DNA from: Euglena gracilis
Taxonomy: Eukaryota
Length of the DNA: 64,000 nucleotides
NCBI GenBank assembly: GCA_039621445.1
Contig: CP154954.1
Span: 47,037,847-47,101,846 of the forward strand
Direction: 5' to 3'
The notes under the pieces were generated by a model. It made no database searches. It had not been told where the DNA came from and was given only the letters and a program-made list of their open reading frames with translations. Both the position numbers and the translations under genes were made by a program. Positions 1-12,296 of the stretch are shown here, piece after piece. How positions within the stretch are numbered: the first letter of the stretch is position 1; each line of letters begins with the position of its first letter.

Positions 1-857
1 TTCGGTCATCCATGCTTTGCACACACAGGGGGATTTTGTTATTGGAGGGCGGGGGGGGGGTCTGGGGGGCAGCTTGCACAGGCACCTTCAGCAGAACAGC
101 CCCCAAAAGAACTCATTACCCTGATTTTTTCACAAATTGACCCCCCGAAAGGAGGTTTTTAAAGGCATTTGGGTGGGTTTCGAGTCATTTTCCTTCATAT
201 TTAAATGAGTTTTCTTGGGCAGGGGGGACTTAAAACTTTTCTTGGAGGGGGGGTGGACTGATTATTGGTGGTCAGGCCGACTAGTCGGCCCCACCACAAA
301 TGGTCAGTAGGCCATCACCAACAGTCGCTAGCGACTAGTCGCTAGCCACCACCAAAAAATACATTCCCAGTTTCCCGCAATGAAGCGTCGCGGTGGGTTG
401 GGCTGCTTTATTGGGCGGGAAGGCAACGTGAGGATGGGTCATGCGCACAGGCAGCCCTCCCCCTTGATCACAGTGAGGACGAAGCAATGAGATTTCGCAG
501 ACGCGCTCTGCCGCTTCTTTCATTCCACCAAATTAAAAATTAATTAAACCAAATTAGTCAATTTAATAATAAAGCAGTCCACCCTCCTTGACCGATTGGC
601 TTCATGTTCAAGATGTTTGTCGTTTGTTGCAAGCCTTGCTCTCCTCCCATATTCTGAAACTGACATTCTTCTTTAAAAAAATGCTTAATAAAAATATATT
701 AAGTTTACCACTCACAGTTTAAGTATTAAGTTTACCACTCACGGCGAGGAACATCTGTTGATGCAGTTTTCAACGAATCGAACAACATAATCTCCCACTG
801 CAAGGTTATCAGAAAAATGACCGAAAAGAAGGCTCGGGTCTTGTCAAGGGGGACATT

Positions 858-2037
858 TCATCGCAGAGATGCTGGAGGTTTGGTTGGGCTGCCGGACTCT
901 GTTGCTGGTGTTTTCCGAGGAAGCCACTGGATGTCCCACATGTACCAGTCTGTGGCACGGTTCAGGAAGAGACGGTCGATGTCCGTTCGAAGCACCGTTG
1001 CCGGTCGTTGTAGCATGGGGAATGTTCTGAACCTCCAATGGTGTTTGAGGATGGCAAGGAAAAGGAGAGCATTCAACCCCTCTACTCAATATTCGGTTAT
1101 CACAAGTGTTAAAAACGTTCATGTTACTTCTTTGAGTGGGACAGCTTCCAAAGCAGCATTGAACACCACTTATCTTGCCTGAGAATTCTGGATGGGACAT
1201 TTCTTATGAAAAATGGGCTTGTTTTCAGTGTTTGTTGCATTTTCTCATCACTCCTGGCCTTTCAACGAAAAGCACCAAACAAGGCAAAGAAACTCAAAAA
1301 ACACTCCAACCATGCCCCAGGCGCTGGTACGTTGCAGATCGGGCATGGAAGCGCGCCATGTAATACTGCAACCTGCAGAGGGAAGGGGGAGGGAGCCTTA
1401 ACTCCAATGGTCATTTCCAAAGATTGCCACTCCGTCCCAACCCTCCCTGCCAACCAGGAGTGTTTGTCACAGAGCAGACAATTGGGGGCCACCCCCTCTC
1501 CTTATGGTGACAAGGAGTAGCCCCCCCCCCCCAAGGGTGGACCGCCAAAGGAGGTGCATGGGGATAGAGTGGACACCATGGCTGGGAGAAACAGATTCTG
1601 AACACACCGTGCCTTGTACAAGCGGTCCTGTTCCGGGAAGTCACCCCCTTCGTCTTGCATGGCGTGCACGTCAATGACCTCGCGGCACATTGGGCATGTT
1701 GGGGACTCACCCTTCCCCATCCACTCCTGGCATCTGGATCGCACTTTGAATTGAACAAACGCCTTGGGATAGACATGCTTGCTGCGTTCAAACAAAGCAT
1801 TTTCAGAGGCCATTATCAAATTTGTTATTATTACTATTATTAGAATTATTACAAGCACGGTGGGCCTGTGCTGACACACAGGCCGGATACGCGGTTCCAA
1901 GGGCTACATTTATAGGCCAGGCATGGGCTCCAGCTCGTCTGGATGGGGCGCTTTCTCCCCCTACGGTCACCTTCGCTCGGCAAGTCGCGCGGTCGCGGAT
2001 TTGCAGCGTTACAGGGCTCCGGTTATAACGTAAGGAG

Positions 2038-2081
<44 letters not shown>

Positions 2082-5000
2082 CATTTTTTCTATTATGACT
2101 GTTGTTGTTTCTGTTGTTGTTAAATCACTATTGTTATTAAATTAATTTATTATTGCGGTTTTATTACAGCATGAAAAATATACACCGCATGCATCTATTT
2201 TATACAATTTCATTTTGCTTCTATTTCGCTGATAAAAAAAAACCCCACAAAAACAAAAAAAATGCCAAAGACAAATAGACCCCCTCGTCACTTGAAAGAG
2301 AAGAGTTTTTGGGGCCGAATTTTTCCAAATCAACCAGAAAATGTCCCAAAAAATAAAGACCAATCTTGTTTCAGGCAAGCACCAACCAAAGTGGATGCAC
2401 TGCCGATGGAATCGATGCCCGCACCCAAGGCGTGTTACTGGTGGTGCACTGCAGATGAACAGGCGGGCGGCGAAGACGTCGGTGGGGAAATCAGCAATAA
2501 CACACTCCACCTTGCAGGCCAGGCCTGGGGAACATGCTTGTGCTTACCGACCGGGGGGGGGGGAGGGGGGGTGCTATAGGGTGCCTGCCCCTAGCAGGCA
2601 CACCCCCCCGGGGGGGATAGGGGTCCGGGCCGGACCCAGAAAATTTTCATTGAAAATGGCCTTTTCCGGGCCCCCGGCGACTTCGGCGCCGGGGTCGGAG
2701 GGGGGTGCCTGCTAGGGGCAGGCACCCCCCAAAACCCCCCCCCCCCCCCCCCCCGGGGGGTCGGATCGGGTGCCTGCCCCTAGCACCCACCCCCCCCCCC
2801 GTGGGGTAGGCACCCGACTAAGCGCAAGCCTGCTGGGGAACCCGACACTTCCCTTTTTTTTCTGGTGAATGTGAAAGAAGACAGACCCTTCACAGCCGGC
2901 AGCACGCCGCACTGCCGCAACGCACACCCGTCCGCCAGTCCTGCCGAGGGGCCGAGGGTGGCTGGGGGAGGGGAGCCGGGGGCCTCCAACAGTGGGGCGG
3001 CCTCCTGCGCCGTCTTCCCCGCCACGGCCGCGGGGCCCGGGGAGAGCGGGGACCCGGTGCCCAGGGGCGACGCTGGCGGTGGAGGGTGGGGTGGGCTGTG
3101 GGCGGCGGGGAGGCTGGTGGGCACGCCGCGGCCGGGCCGGCACTGCGTGCCACTGTCCAACGCGCAGCACTTCTTGTGCCCCTGTGTCGTTTAGTATTAT
3201 CATGTTTGCCCTGCCAAACGGACGAGGAAAACGTACGTATGTCCTTGGTGTTGCGGGGATCTGGTGGCAGTCGCAGGATGCGGGGTGATTGTGTGTGTTC
3301 ACGCATGTGTATGTGTTTTGCGTGCATGACTGGCAATCGCCACAGAGTTTCAAAAGTCACCAAAATCCACACCCGCACGCGCCTTGCATTTTCATCAGTT
3401 CTGTCCCAACAGGGTTCCGCTGTCCCCAGGGCTCCGAATTCCTCCAGGCAGATGGAGCACATCTGCTGCTCCAAAGCATTGCATCCATCAATGGGACAGC
3501 ATGCAATGAGAAATGCCATACAAAAATGCATTGGTATAATGGGGAAATGAGAAAAACAAAATAATTATTGCTGCAAAACTTTTGGAATGGGGGGAATTTT
3601 GTATCAAAAAAAAGCGAAACGAGGATGCAGTGGCCATACTCTTTCTCCTTTGACATGCCTTCCACTTCTCGCTGAATGCGCCGTAGTCGCTCTGACGAGA
3701 TGCAATGCCTGTTCCATCATGCCCCTAAGGGTCCATCATATCATTTGGCGGGGCTCTTCAAGCAAAAACTGAAAACCTGTTGGGAAAAAAAAACAAAAAA
3801 AACACGAAAACCCCACAATTTTTGCGGAAATTCAAAAATGACAAAAAAAAGTGTTTGTGTTCCCCCCTGCATCACAAGGGTGAATAGTAGAGTAGCAGAA
3901 TCTGGGTTACCGGGGTGAACCGTAAACAGATTTGTATAAAAAACAAAATGCCTTGATAGATGATGAAAAAGGGTTGACCCATTTTCTGGGTCTTTGGGGA
4001 TTCAACCCAACCAAGCCAGGAGATGGACGAGCATCACCAGAAACAAATGGGCTTTGGGAGAAGCACTGCTGACATCCTGAAAAGCCTAATACATGAATCC
4101 AGCTCAAAGGATGGAATTTTTTGTTTGACAGAAAAGGTTGCTGCTCCGATATGGCCTGTGACAAAATTTGGAAATAATCCCAGAAATGATGCAAATAATG
4201 AAAAAACAAACAAACTCAAAAATAACTCTGGGGAATCAAAAATTGGCACTTAAATTTCCCCAGGTCCCCTTGTCACGATGCCTTCCGTCTTCGTTACATA
4301 GAGAGGAAATTTTTTAGGTGTCTGGGTGTTAATCCATAACTTGTCCAAATGGATCGAAAGTTGGAGTTCAGCTCAAATTGATGAAGGTCAAACCAAACGG
4401 TGCAGGGAAAGAAAAAAACTGCACGCCACCGTAAAATTGGCATTACCTTGTGGCTTGTGAGATAAAATTGAAATGCTGGTCAAAATATTTCATCCAGAGG
4501 AGTCATAGGTTTCGGGTAGTCATGGGCCTGATGGATGGCCTGATGGATCATTTGGTCACAACCTGGGGAACGATCCGAAATGCCCTTTTTGCTGGGCGAT
4601 TCCTGTGCTGCCCATCTGGCCCACTTTCCGATGATCAGCCATCGATGTCTAACAATTGCTGAGGGTCAGAATGATCTAACTACATTCGTACCTGCAAATA
4701 CAAACACAATTACAAATGCGTGCACACACATGTGTGTGGAGCTGTTTACACGATTGTTTTTGTTTTCTGAGTGTAATGTTACCTTGTCCAGATGCATGCT
4801 AAGCGACCCCCTGCTTTTCCATCCTCTTGCTATAGCAGGGCATCCTGTGTGCACAAAGGTGGAACTTGAGATCTGTGCTGAGCTGCCGCACTGGCTTGTG
4901 ACCCTCCCCAAGGTGAGGCGAGACAGGTTGGGTTCCATGCCGCGTAACTCCCCATGGAAAACAAGCATGCACCCGCAAACACCCCGCACACCCCACAAAA

Positions 5001-5197
5001 CACTCCCACACACCCACACACCCACACCCAAACAATGCACACAGCACACACAAAGCACACACAGACACGCAGACACACACACACACACACACACACCACA
5101 ACACACCCGCACAACACACCCGCAACACACACACACACACAACACACACACAAGACACACACACACACACACACACCCACACCCACACCCACCCACG

Positions 5198-5232
<35 letters not shown>

Positions 5233-5711
5233 CACAGCACACTCCACACACACTAACACACACACACACACACTACACAACGGTTCTTTCATCTGCAGGC
5301 GGCCAGCGGGCGGGCTGAACTGCGGCTCGGGTTGCACTCGGCACCACGCAGCGCACCGGCGCACGCCATCCACCACCAGCACAACGGGGTAGGCCAGCAG
5401 GGTGTAGATGCAAACTGTTGCCACGGCCGTCCCACTACCTTGATCCAACCAGGTATTATTTTAAAGCAAAAATTTCAAAAAATAAGGGTTTTTGAGGCAA
5501 TTGTTCTTTTATTTTCCAAGGGCTGTTCAAGGGCCTTCCGGGCATCGAAGCGGTCGAAAATCAAATCAAAAAAAATCGAAAACACCATTTTTGAGTTTGA
5601 GGTGGATGGAAGAATTCACTTCCAGGGACCCTGGGAGGGACGTCCCTGGCCGCCAGGCACCAGAGCCACGGCCGGTGGCAGGGTACGTGTCTGTCTGTGT
5701 GCGTGTGTGTG

Positions 5712-5754
<43 letters not shown>

Positions 5755-8700
5755 GTGTTGTGTCGTTTTGTGTTGTGTTGTGTCGTGTTGTGTCGTGTTG
5801 TGTTGTGTATACATATGTGTGTCTCCAGTATGGCCCTCTGGTTTGGTAGCAGGACTTTCACCCTGACCAGAGGCAGAAGACGAGGAGGGCCAGCAGGGCG
5901 AGCCATGCGTAGGGGAAGGGGGGTTGCAGGCAGGCAGCGGAGATCCACAATTTGTCATTCACAAAGGGATGCAGGAAGGGGGGGGATGCTCTTGGTTGGG
6001 GTAGTCAGGGTGCGGGGGTGGAATTCAAACCTGGTGTGGACTCTCCGCAACTTTCCATGGTGCTCTGGCCACCATCTGCTGAGTTCTGCAGCAGGCAGAA
6101 ACTCAATTCCACTGCCTTGCTGAATCACTGTGCCACTCAAGGCATCCCGGATCAGGAGTAAGCCGCCCACGGCACCTGTGGCAGGCGACATAAGCTGTAA
6201 AATTACAAAGTTGCAGCGCAAGAAGGGAACGTTGATGGTGTCCACCCTAAATGATTCCTTCTGTGGGAGAGGGTAGACCACAAGGTCATCAAAAATGCAA
6301 TGAGCACCAAATAATATACTATTTGGTAAAAATTGGGGGTAACCTTCATTATGAAGACCTCCAAGACAATGGGTAAACGCGGAGGTAGTTTGAATTGTCC
6401 ACACCAGACAAGGACAAGGGGCACAAGCTGCCAAGTTGCGGGGAAAGCAGGAGGATGCAGTTCCAAAAAAAGTGTCCCCTCCTTGCGCCAATTGTCCCAC
6501 CAGTGTGTCTCAAGAGGCTGTCATGCCCCGGGATCAGCGCTGTTGAACCACGGTGTGGGACGCAGGGGTGGGTCGGCGCCCACCTGAATCGTACTGCCCC
6601 TGTTTGAATGCGTCCCTCATCCGGGCCACGATGACGGCCGCCACGTCGTCCAGCAGCGCGGCCTGAGCCCCGCCGGCGGTGCGCAGGTGTCAATACGGTG
6701 GGGCTCCCTATCCCCACCCTCCAATCCCGTATGCCAGCTGGCTCCCCCAAACACACGACACAACACACCACACACACACACACACACACACACACAATGC
6801 GCACACAGCACACACCACATAACACACACATGCTCAAAACAAGATACACACACACACCCCCACCCACCCAAACACACACACACACACACACACCACGCAA
6901 GCCCCACGGTAGCCAAACAACGCGGTCGCTGGCGGACACCAGCAAAATGATGCCGTCATTGCAGGTACCGTGGCTGACGCCCCAGCGAGCCCCGAGTACT
7001 GTGGCGAACGCTTTGCCCTGGGCGATGCTGTCGACAGCGAAGGGTCGACCCAGCATTGAGGTGCGCCACACCAACCAATGCACCCCCCTTTGTCTAACCA
7101 CCAGACACCGTCCCAGCACACTGCTGTCCATCTCTTTGCGACCAAAAACCCTTCATTTTCATCAAAATCCACCTATGGTTGCAGCAACATTCTGTTTTCG
7201 ACTGGAACGTCGCATTTCTTTTGCTGCTTTTGTTACGTGTCAGAGGAAAGGGTACTTCCGAGAAAGTTGTTTTTGAAAAGAATGCAATGGACGGGTGGTT
7301 GGTGCTGAGAAGAACACCAATGGTAGACAGGGCAGGGGTGCAGGACCCCCAAGCAGGGTTCAATTCAAGGGCATGTGGGTGGAAGCCAAGGGGGGTGGGG
7401 TGGAGAGGAACACCCCCAGGAACACCCCCCACCAAAATAGTGGCACACCAAAATGAAGTGTTTCTGTTTCTGACAGGGCGAAGCTACGAGCCAGAGGTCT
7501 ATTTGGGGGGTGCCTGTCTGACTGCGCTCCCCTTCAAAATGTAGTCCATTTGCAAGGTACAAACTCAATTGGATGTTGGGGCTGGCAGGGGAAGAAAAAC
7601 GACCCAATAATTCCACTGTAATGGCACGTACTGCTGATAATACATTGTGATTTTTTTTGCCCCTTTCTCTTGGTGCAAGCCCAAAGCATCACTTCTTTTT
7701 GCAACACAACAACTTGCTTTGGAATGATAATTTTTTGTTAATTTTTCATATTTTGGGCAATCAATTTTTATCGTTTTCTGCAAGCAATTTAATGTGCAGC
7801 AAAACTATCATAGTTTTCCTCCAATGCGTTATTTGGTGTATCCTCCCCACCCAGCCTTGATGTGCTGGCCAGTGGATCTTCTCCTGTCCGAGAATTCCAG
7901 ACCTTTGCTCCTCCAAAACGATTTGTGGGCATGCTCTTGCAATACCATAAAGGAATTTGCCGAGTATCAGAATTCAATATCAAATTACCTATTATCCCTG
8001 GGGGAAAAAAATGCATGCCAGACTCGACCCCAGCAAAGTGTAGGATGGAATTTTCTTTCAGCATTGATGAGCTCTTCAGGTGTATCCATCCAGAGGTCCT
8101 CATCAGGCTCGCCTCTGGGCGACACTCGGAGTGGTGTAGGTGACGTTGGCGTCCATCCTTTGCAGCACCGCCAGCCCTACCTGTAAAAGGATAAAAGCAA
8201 AGAACTGGTGCTTCCTCTGGCTCTGTTCTTATGCCAAAAAACTTCTTGGATGTCGCAGAACCGGTGGCAATTCAACTGGGGGTCACCCACCACTGACTTG
8301 TGGTCTGGGGGACAACTCACAACACCCTCACACCGTTGGTACCATAAATTTGCTGAGTGACCTCCTGGGGGACTTTTCCCTGGGTCCAAAGCCACCCCAC
8401 CCACCCTTTTTTAAAAAACCCACCCACTCACCCCCTCCCCCCGACACCGACCCACCCACCCAAAACCTAGCCAAAAGTGGCCAAAAACCCTTGAAGAAAA
8501 TTTCTGGCCCGGCCTTTGGCAGGGCCGGACCAACCCATGGCACACCCCGCCCCTGGGAGGAGGGGGCCCAGCAGCCAAACCCACCCACTGTCCACTGTCG
8601 AAAATCCATCCACCCCCCAAGGGGTCACACAAGTGTTAAATGAATTTATGGTTGGGACCCTGCAAGTCAATCCAATCGGGTAGAAGCCAGGACCATACAA

Positions 8701-10629
8701 TTTTTTACCGACCCCCGGGGGGGGGGTCACTACCTTTTCAAAAAAAAACCAGTCAGTCACTTTTTTGGGAAACCAGTCAGTCACTACCCCCCTCCGGGGG
8801 GGGGGGGTAGGCCACTCTGGAATCCAAAGGAATTCTGACCAAAAACATGAAAAAAAAGGCCAAAAAATTCCGGCACCTTTGGCGCCGGGTCAATTTAGTG
8901 GTTTTTTGCCGACCCCCCCCCGGGGTGGGGGGGAGAGGGTCCGGGCCAAAAACCAGTCAGTCACTCTGAAAAAACCAGTCACCCCCCGGGGGGGGGGGGT
9001 CTGACAAAGTGATTGTATGGCCTGGACAGATTTCCGACCCACCCATGGACCAATTGATACCGAAAGCTGGTCAGCACCTGATACCCGACGCGCTGTCCCT
9101 GGCAGTCGTGCTGGCATTGTATGGCGATAGCTTCAACCACTGCCTCACTCTGGTTGCGCGCCGCCTCGGAAAGAATGGCATCAGGGTCGGGGTGGAGGGG
9201 AATGCCACCAAGGATATGGGATTCATGGCGTGTTCATGACATACTTCCGCCATTCATCATGGTTTGGTTGACCATATTTCAGTGCGGTGATGGACTGATA
9301 AAGAAATAAGAACATCAATTACCCCAAATATTTTACCCCAGATATTACCGTGGTTTTGTAACTTAACTGACTTTCCAGATGGGGTTGGCAAAAGTGATCG
9401 CTTGAGGTTTGAGTCCAGCAATCCTCGTGACATCGAGATAAGACATGTGAGGGGCAAAACACAGGCATGTGATGCATTCTCTCCAGCGCAAACCAGTCCG
9501 GCCTGTGATAATGAAGGACAAATGAAAACCAAAAGCCATCAAACAGGCACAGACAACATGGTCGTATTTTTCATGTGCCAACAACAGAGGGGGGAGGAAA
9601 CAGCAAGACTCCTTGACGTATGCAATGCAAAATTGCACAAAAATGCAATGAAACTGCAAGCAGTAATTCGTGAAATTAGCAAGCATGTAAATTCCTTTTC
9701 AACCTCCTCGGGATGAAGACTTATCTCTGTTGGAGAGGACTTAAAAAATATCACCTCTGCTGGGGAAAGTTTTTCATGATGAACAATTTTTCATAAAATA
9801 TAATATTTTCATTATGCACCAGAGAACATATATTGAAGAAACATTCACACGGTTTTCAACAAAAAAAACCACAGAAGCACGAGCAATATAACTCTTGTAC
9901 CCCCAAAAAATCCAAGCAAATAAAAAAAACAGCAAAATGACACAATAAAAAGTTGATTGCCCAAATGCACACACTTCAGCATCAAGCAGCTTGAAAATGG
10001 TCAATATCTGAGTACGCCGCACACCGAGCCCCGGGGTCCTGGGGGGTCCTGGGGGGTGCTGAGTGGTGCTGGGGGTCGTTGGGTCAATACAAAGAGCCCA
10101 GAAAGGGACCCAAAATAAAACTCCAACATATGATGGTGTTATTTTTAAGTCCGGGGTCCAGGGGGTGGGAGCCCCCCCCCCAGTAGTTGCCGAAGGAGCC
10201 TGGAAATCCACAGTGAGTGAGTCTTGGGTCCTGGAGGGGGGAAACTGGGCATGACTCCTGGGTTCTTTGGTACAAGAGCAATTTCCGTGCACAATTACCA
10301 CACAAAAATTGTGAAAATTGGGAGGTCAAAATATGCAAAAAATGCACATTTTCCCCAAGATTTTCAGAATGCAAAAAATGCAGATCATACATCTTGCACA
10401 TTCCCCCCCCCAGGCAAACAGCAACAGGACACCCCTCAAGAAAAATCGTGCTCTGATTCCACGTTGAAAACCCTGGCCAACACCTCGATGGACACATTGG
10501 GTTGAGGCATCGCACCTGCCTCCTGCCACACTTCGCAACGTCCACCATAGGGTTGGGGAAATCCTCGGCCTTCCAGGTGGATGCGCGGCCGAGGAGGAAG
10601 ACGACCAGGAGGATGGCAGCAAACGCCAT
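858..10629 (-). CDS. Multi-exon gene: signal peptide + TPM (MOLO-1/TLP18.3-like) domain + hydrophobic segment + RING-H2 finger; putative membrane E3 ligase
   Basis: Exons join in frame: 10629-10516 MAFAAILLVVFLLGRASTWKAEDFPNPMVDVAKCGRRQ; 9502-9488 AGLVC; 9188-9078 DPDAILSEAARNQSE...VGYQ; from 8180 VGLAVLQRMD. Later exons: ~7030-6910 KAFATVLGARWGVSHGTCNDGIILLVSASDRVVW; ~6685-6584 RTAGGAQAALL...AFKQGQYDS; ~3690 RLRRIQRE; ~3470 QMCSICLEEF; ~2430-2393 LGCGHRFHRQCI; from 1728 QEWMGKGESPTCPMCRE; ~1370 LQYYMARF. Some internal boundaries and the last exon (stop at 858) are tentative. Confidence 0.85.
1729..2392 (-). other. Nonconventional intron splitting the RING finger
   Basis: Removal gives HRQCI-Q-EW. 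No GT-AG ends; +4..+6 TTG pairs with -8..-6 CAG. Confidence 0.7.
1853..2082 (+). mobile_element. Possible 3' end of a non-LTR retrotransposon with (GTT)n tail
   Basis: A GC-rich coding-like ORF end (stop at 2028) is followed by a short UTR and about 14 GTT units, all set in AT-rich intron sequence. Confidence 0.4.
2533..2832. mobile_element. hAT-like MITE with 8-bp TSD
   Basis: TIRs CATGCTTGTGCTTA / TAAGCGCAAGCCTG; perfect TSD CTGGGGAA at 2525-2532 and 2833-2840. Confidence 0.85.
4975..5280. repeat. Degenerate (CA)n microsatellite in an intron; similar tracts at 5690-5820 and 6750-6895
   Basis: Directly visible CA/TG runs between exons. Confidence 0.95.
8688..9024. mobile_element. CAG..CTG MITE with internal AACCAGTCAGTCAC repeats
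   Basis: TIRs CAGGACCATACAAT / ATTGTATGGCCTG; four internal motif copies; no clear TSD. Confidence 0.7.
9189..9487 (-). other. Nonconventional intron following a 15-nt microexon
   Basis: 5' GCTGGAGAGAATGC pairs with 3' GCATTCCCCTCCACCCC in the +4/-6 register; removal restores AGLVC-DPD. Confidence 0.85.
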
Positions 10630-10661
10630 CGGTCGTGATGCCAGTAGGCACACAAATATAT

Positions 10662-10730
10662 CTGGAGTGGTCGAAGAAAGAAGAGGGGAACAGGAGACTT
10701 CTGTCTGGCAGGAGAGGGAGGCAGTCGGCC
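10662..10730 (-). promoter_or_regulatory. Putative spliced-leader trans-splice acceptor of the TPM-RING gene
   Basis: On the minus strand, a long pyrimidine tract ends in CAG (10664-10662), about 32 nt before the ATG at 10629. Confidence 0.55.
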
Positions 10731-11430
10731 AGCCTTCCTAGCACATTGGCCCCATAAAGGCCCCCGGAGTCCATTTTGTGAAAAAAATAATAATAAAAGG
10801 AAGGCAAAAAAAACCCTCAAAAATCAAATTCTCCAAAATTTTCATTTTGGAATTTTAGCACTTGCAAATTAATCAAAAAATTGGATAGTGCAAAAATATT
10901 TATGCAATTTTCATCTGCAGGTCCCATGGGTGGGTCCCATGGGCAGGTGCCGTGGCAGGCAGGTGGGGGGGGTTTGGGGTGGGCAGTGCTATAGCATCCC
11001 CCCCCGGTGCCGAAGGCCTCCATTGCACAAGGCACCCCCCTCCAGGGTTGGCAAAAAAGAACCTGATCCGCACCCCCCCCCCCCAATAGCTTTGTCCCTT
11101 TCAAAATTGTCTGACCGATGTTTTTGGCCCTGCCCCCACAAAGTTAATTGGGCAGTGCTCAAAACCATTCGGGACTGCTTTAAAATTTCAAATGCTGTTT
11201 TTGAAGGGGTTTAGGCAGGGCAGGGGGGGTACAGGACACCCCATCCAAACGCTGAACGTCACCTTTGGGGGGTGAGTCCACAACGACCAAAAGCCATCCT
11301 GATCTGCCCACAGAGACTGGCTTGTCGGGAACAGTCAGGGGAAAAAGTTTGCGCTCTTTCCTCAAGCCCCCGCCTCCACTTACAGCCCACAATGAAACCA
11401 CACACATCCCACATGCAGAGGGGTGCTGGG

Positions 11431-11695
11431 CAGGCTTTTTTTTAAGCCCCCCGGGGGGGGGGGGGGGGCCCCCCCCGGCCGGGGCCCCCCCCCCCCGGGG
11501 GGGGGGGGCCGGGACCCCCCCCCAAAAATCGGGCCCGCTAAAGGCGATTTCCAAAAATTTTCGGCGCGAATTAGCACAAAAAGTATGGGATTAGCACAAA
11601 AAGTAAGAAGTTGTGGGTGGGGGGTCCGGCCCGGACCCACCCACCCACCCCCCCTCCCCCCGGGGGGGGGGTCTGCTGACTTAAAAAGAAGCCTG
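11431..11695. mobile_element. hAT-like MITE with 8-bp TSD
   Basis: TIRs CAGGCTTTTTTTTAAG / CTTAAAAAGAAGCCTG; perfect TSD GTGCTGGG at 11423-11430 and 11696-11703. Confidence 0.9.
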
Positions 11696-12296
11696 GTGCT
11701 GGGATGTGCACACCAAACAGTAATTATCATTTTGCGTTTTCTGCCATCATCTGAAAAAAAAATGAGTTCTACAAAGACTACACCAACACCGCAAATTCAC
11801 GTCGTCTGTTCATCGTTGGAAATTCACACTGTGCTGGCACAAAAAAAATTCGTCCTCAGATTAATCAGCATTGGGGAAGTCAGGAGAAAGATAATTGAAA
11901 GGAACCTTTCAATGCGAAATAACTATGCAGAACATTAAAAAATTTGTCACTGGTTTGTGCGCGGGGGCCGAAGTGCCTTCTGTAGTTTGACTTTTGTGCA
12001 GCATCAAATGGCACCGCCCATCGGCTTCAAACAATTTATTTTTTGAAAGTAACACACTTTTGAGATAACTGGCACTTTTTTCTAAAATAAAAGGTTGCGC
12101 TTTATTGAAAATGCTTAACGCTTAACAACAGGACAGCTAAGGGAACCGAACAGGGCCATTCGAATTTCTTTGTCCAGGTCCGGCAACAAGGCCCATCACG
12201 CAAAAATTGATTTGGAAATGAAATTGATAGCAAACAGGGCAAGCCAGTGTTAAACTGCTGTGACCCTCTGGACTGTTCAGGTGTCTTGTGGAAAAG

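Noticed and set aside
4580-6123. Long HT/CV-rich ORFs
   Set aside because: These are translations of (CA)n microsatellites; only short embedded exons are real.
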